Source: Gammaproteobacteria bacterium
GTDB taxonomy: Bacteria > Pseudomonadota > Gammaproteobacteria > Steroidobacterales > JABDLF01
Reading direction: 5' to 3'
Assembly: GCA_013003115.1 (NCBI GenBank)
Contig: JABDLF010000007.1
Span: 2,874 to 66,873 of the forward strand
DNA: 64,000 nt
Below the pieces are notes generated by a model that was not told where the DNA came from, made no database searches, and was given only the letters and a program-made list of their open reading frames with translations. A program made the position numbers and the translations under genes. Within the stretch, counting starts at the first letter, position 1. Each line of letters starts with the position of its first letter. Of the stretch, positions 61,233 through 64,000 are shown piece by piece.

Positions 61233-63092
61233 ATGAATCGTTTTCCTGCCTGGAAGTATGTCCTGGTGCTCGTCGTACTGCTCGTCGGCGCTTTGTACGC
61301 GGCACCAAATATGTTTCCGGAAGATCCGGCTGTGCAGGTTTCGCGCAAGAATGCAGATCCTGACGCTGCCCTGCAAACAAGGGTGGAGACGATCCTCGCT
61401 GCCGAGCAGGTTCCGTACCGTTCGGTGTTTATTGATGAAGGCCGGCTGCTCACCAGTTTCGCAAGCCCGGACGACCAGGTGCGCGCCGCTGATGTGCTCG
61501 GGCAGAACCTCGACAGTGAATTTGTGGTTGCCCTGAATACGGCACCCCGAACGCCGGGCTGGATGCGGTCACTGGGCCTCAAACCGATGACCCTTGGTCT
61601 CGACCTCAGAGGCGGCGTGCACTTCCTGCTGGAAGTCGATATGCAGGCCGTACTCAGCCAGGCCCTGCAGCGCATGGAAGGCGACTTCAAGATGCTGCTG
61701 CGCGAAGAAAAAATTCGCTACTCGGGCATTCGCGCCGACATAGCCGCGGGCTATGTCGAGGTTGAGCTTCGTGATGGTGACGACCTCGATCGCGCGGAAG
61801 ACCTGATCGGTGAGTCCGAAACCGGGGTTGCCATTTCCCGGCCCGGCAACAGCGAGGCGCACTTGCTGCGCGTTGCAATGACCGACGCACAGCTCAAGAT
61901 TCGCAAGGATTTTGCCATTGAGCAAAACATCACGACGCTACGTAATCGCGTCAACGAGCTGGGCGTCGCCGAGCCGGTTGTGCAAAGACAGGGCGAGGCT
62001 CGCATCGTCGTGCAACTGCCCGGGGTGCAGGATACCTCGCGCGCGAAGGAGATTCTGGGTGCCACGGCCACCGTTGAATTTCGTCTCGTGGATGACATCA
62101 ATGATCCCTACGAAGCCGAGCGTCGCGGTCGCGCACCGTTAGGTTCAGAACTTTATTCTTTCCGCGATACCGGCCAGCCGATATTGCTGCGGCGCGAAAT
62201 CATAGTGACGGGCGACCAGCTTACGGATGCCACCCAGGGCTTTGCCCAGGACGATGGGACGCCGGCGGTTTTTGTGGACCTTGACGCGAAGGGCGCGCGC
62301 AAGATGCTGCAGACCACGCGCGAAAACCTGAACAAGCGCATGGCCGTCGTTTTTGTTGAAAACAAAAGCGAAACCGTAATGCGGGACGGTGAGGAGATTC
62401 GGCGTAAATACGTCGAGAAGCGAGTCATCAATGCCGCAACGATTCGCGGCGTATTCTCCAACAGCTTTCAGATATCAGGGCTCGAAAGCCTGGAGGCGCG
62501 CAATCTCGCACTGCTGCTGCGGGCAGGCGCGCTTGCGGCTCCCATTGACATCGTTGAAGAGCGCACCGTGGGGCCGAGCCTCGGCCAGGACAACATTGAC
62601 AAGGGATTCGAGGCCGTGATGATCGGCTTTTTGCTGGTCATCGTGTTCATGGCGATTTATTACAAAGGCTTCGGGCTCATCGCCGACGTGGCGCTTTTCG
62701 TCAACCTGGTTTTGATCGTGGCGCTTCTTTCCATGTTCCAGGCCTCGCTCACCCTGCCCGGTATCGCCGGTATCGTTCTCACGGTGGGTATGGCGGTGGA
62801 TGCCAACGTGCTCATATTCGAGCGTATCCGCGAAGAGCTCAATGTTGGCAATACGCCGCAGGCGAGCATCCAGGCGGGCTATGAAAAGGCCTTTTCTTCC
62901 ATTGCCGATGCCAACGTCACTACCCTTATAGCGGCCGTCGTGTTGATCTCGTTCGGCACCGGTCCCATCAAAGGCTTCGCCGTCACCCTCGCATTCGGGA
63001 TTGCGACATCCATGTTCACCGCCATTGTCGGCACGCGCGCGCTGGTCAACCTGGTTTTTGGCGGGCGCCGCATGCAGACGTTGCCAATCTGA
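61233..63092 (+). CDS. secD: Protein translocase subunit SecD
   Basis: MNRFPAWKYVLVLVVLLVGALYAAPNMFPEDPAVQV matches the E. coli SecD N-terminus. Large periplasmic domain plus 6 TM segments. The track start at 61200 was trimmed. Confidence 0.9.
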   Translation: MNRFPAWKYVLVLVVLLVGALYAAPNMFPEDPAVQVSRKNADPDAALQTRVETILAAEQVPYRSVFIDEGRLLTSFASPDDQVRAADVLGQNLDSEFVVALNTAPRTPGWMRSLGLKPMTLGLDLRGGVHFLLEVDMQAVLSQALQRMEGDFKMLLREEKIRYSGIRADIAAGYVEVELRDGDDLDRAEDLIGESETGVAISRPGNSEAHLLRVAMTDAQLKIRKDFAIEQNITTLRNRVNELGVAEPVVQRQGEARIVVQLPGVQDTSRAKEILGATATVEFRLVDDINDPYEAERRGRAPLGSELYSFRDTGQPILLRREIIVTGDQLTDATQGFAQDDGTPAVFVDLDAKGARKMLQTTRENLNKRMAVVFVENKSETVMRDGEEIRRKYVEKRVINAATIRGVFSNSFQISGLESLEARNLALLLRAGALAAPIDIVEERTVGPSLGQDNIDKGFEAVMIGFLLVIVFMAIYYKGFGLIADVALFVNLVLIVALLSMFQASLTLPGIAGIVLTVGMAVDANVLIFERIREELNVGNTPQASIQAGYEKAFSSIADANVTTLIAAVVLISFGTGPIKGFAVTLAFGIATSMFTAIVGTRALVNLVFGGRRMQTLPI

Positions 63093-63133
63093 TTTCGCGG
63101 GGCTTAAGCACCAGTTCACACGGACAAACACTC

Positions 63134-64000
63134 ATGCAGATTTTCAAGAACAAGAGCGACTGGGACTTCATGGGCAAGCGCAAGATTGCTATTGCCGTGT
63201 CGCTGGTATTGCTGCTCGTGTCCATTGGCTCGCTGGTGACCCGCCAGCTCGAGCTGGGCATCGATTTCACCGGTGGCGTACTCATCGAGGTTGGCTATCC
63301 CGAGGCCGCACAGCTCGATCAGATCCGCACGGCGATTACGGCTGCGGGCTATCCTGACGCAACGGTGCAAAATTTCGGCACGGCGCGAGACGTATTGATT
63401 CGCCTGGCGCCGGAAGACGAGAAAAGCAGCGCGGAAATCAGCGAGGCGGTGCTGAACACTCTGCGAGCCTCAGCGCCCGGCGTGGAAATGCGTCGCGTGG
63501 AGTTTGTCGGGCCGCAGGTCGGTAAGGAACTCACCGAGCAGGGCGGTCTGGCGATGCTCTTCGCACTCCTGATGATCCTCGCCTACGTCGCCTTTCGCTT
63601 CCAGTGGAAGTTTGCCGTTGGTGCCGTGGCGGCATTGGTGCACGACGTAATCCTGACCCTCGGATTCTTCTCCGTATTTGGTGTCGGGTTCGACCTCTCG
63701 GTGCTGGCCGCGGTGCTGGCCGTTATCGGTTATTCGCTGAACGACACCATCGTGGTTTTTGATCGCATTCGCGAGAATTTCCTGAAGCTGCGCAAGAAAA
63801 CGTCGGAGCAGGTGATGAATACCTCCATCAACCAGATGCTCGGCCGCACGATTATTACTTCCAGTACGACGCTTCTGGTGTTGCTGGCGCTTTTCCTGCT
63901 AGGTGGCGAAGTCATCCATAACTTCGCCCTTGCCCTCATTGTCGGCATCCTGATCGGCACCTACTCGTCGATTTATGTTGCGAGCACGGCGGCGCTGATA
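63134..64000 (+). CDS. secF: Protein translocase subunit SecF (3' end beyond the right edge)
   Basis: Not in the ORF track (no stop in the window). My translation from ATG 63134: MQIFKNKSDWDFMGKRKIAIAVSLVLLLVSIGSL...GIDFTGG...GYSLNDTIVVFDRIREN..., open to the window end. Confidence 0.9.
   Translation, partial: MQIFKNKSDWDFMGKRKIAIAVSLVLLLVSIGSLVTRQLELGIDFTGGVLIEVGYPEAAQLDQIRTAITAAGYPDATVQNFGTARDVLIRLAPEDEKSSAEISEAVLNTLRASAPGVEMRRVEFVGPQVGKELTEQGGLAMLFALLMILAYVAFRFQWKFAVGAVAALVHDVILTLGFFSVFGVGFDLSVLAAVLAVIGYSLNDTIVVFDRIRENFLKLRKKTSEQVMNTSINQMLGRTIITSSTTLLVLLALFLLGGEVIHNFALALIVGILIGTYSSIYVASTAALI

Overview
GC-rich chromosomal segment, probably gammaproteobacterial. The evidence is the queA-tgt-yajC-secD-secF and xerD-dsbC synteny and a TonB2/TtpC-type energy-transduction cluster. 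About 56 protein genes and one tRNA-Leu(CAA) are supported. I found no rRNA, CRISPR array, IS element or prophage.

Most of the window is core metabolism. Positions 12.5-44.7 kb form a large amino-acid catabolic supercluster:
- NAD-glutamate dehydrogenase (gdhB)
- Branched-chain keto-acid dehydrogenase E1alpha/E1beta/E2
- Tryptophan 2,3-dioxygenase
- A MarR-controlled hppD-hmgA-FAH-maiA tyrosine pathway
- A 14.5 kb co-directional string: ldh-ivd-thiolase-MCCase-hydratase-HMG-CoA lyase-HADH2-ETF:QO-acetoacetyl-CoA synthetase-zapE
- Fused isobutyryl-CoA mutase (icmF)

Flanking regions hold the less ordinary content:
1. A glgC-led operon that continues into an ATP-grasp ligase, an S51-like peptidase and an E-set esterase trio.
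2. A nested two-component cascade: HK, REC, REC-7xPAS-HisKA_3 kinase, NarL. It is followed by a 69-aa CsrA-family protein with an RsmN/RsmF-like internal insertion.
3. Two convergent 2OG-Fe(II) oxygenases, one carrying a SecA-type SEC-C zinc motif.
4. An ECF sigma / ZAS anti-sigma / protease-less double-PDZ module.
5. Candidate regulatory DNA: a duplicated MarR-type operator over the hppD promoter, and tandem CRP-like sites in an ORF-free 336-nt region.

All functional calls rest on motif recognition by eye, not on database searches. I recognised no clearly novel multi-gene system. Items 1-3 are the best candidates for follow-up.
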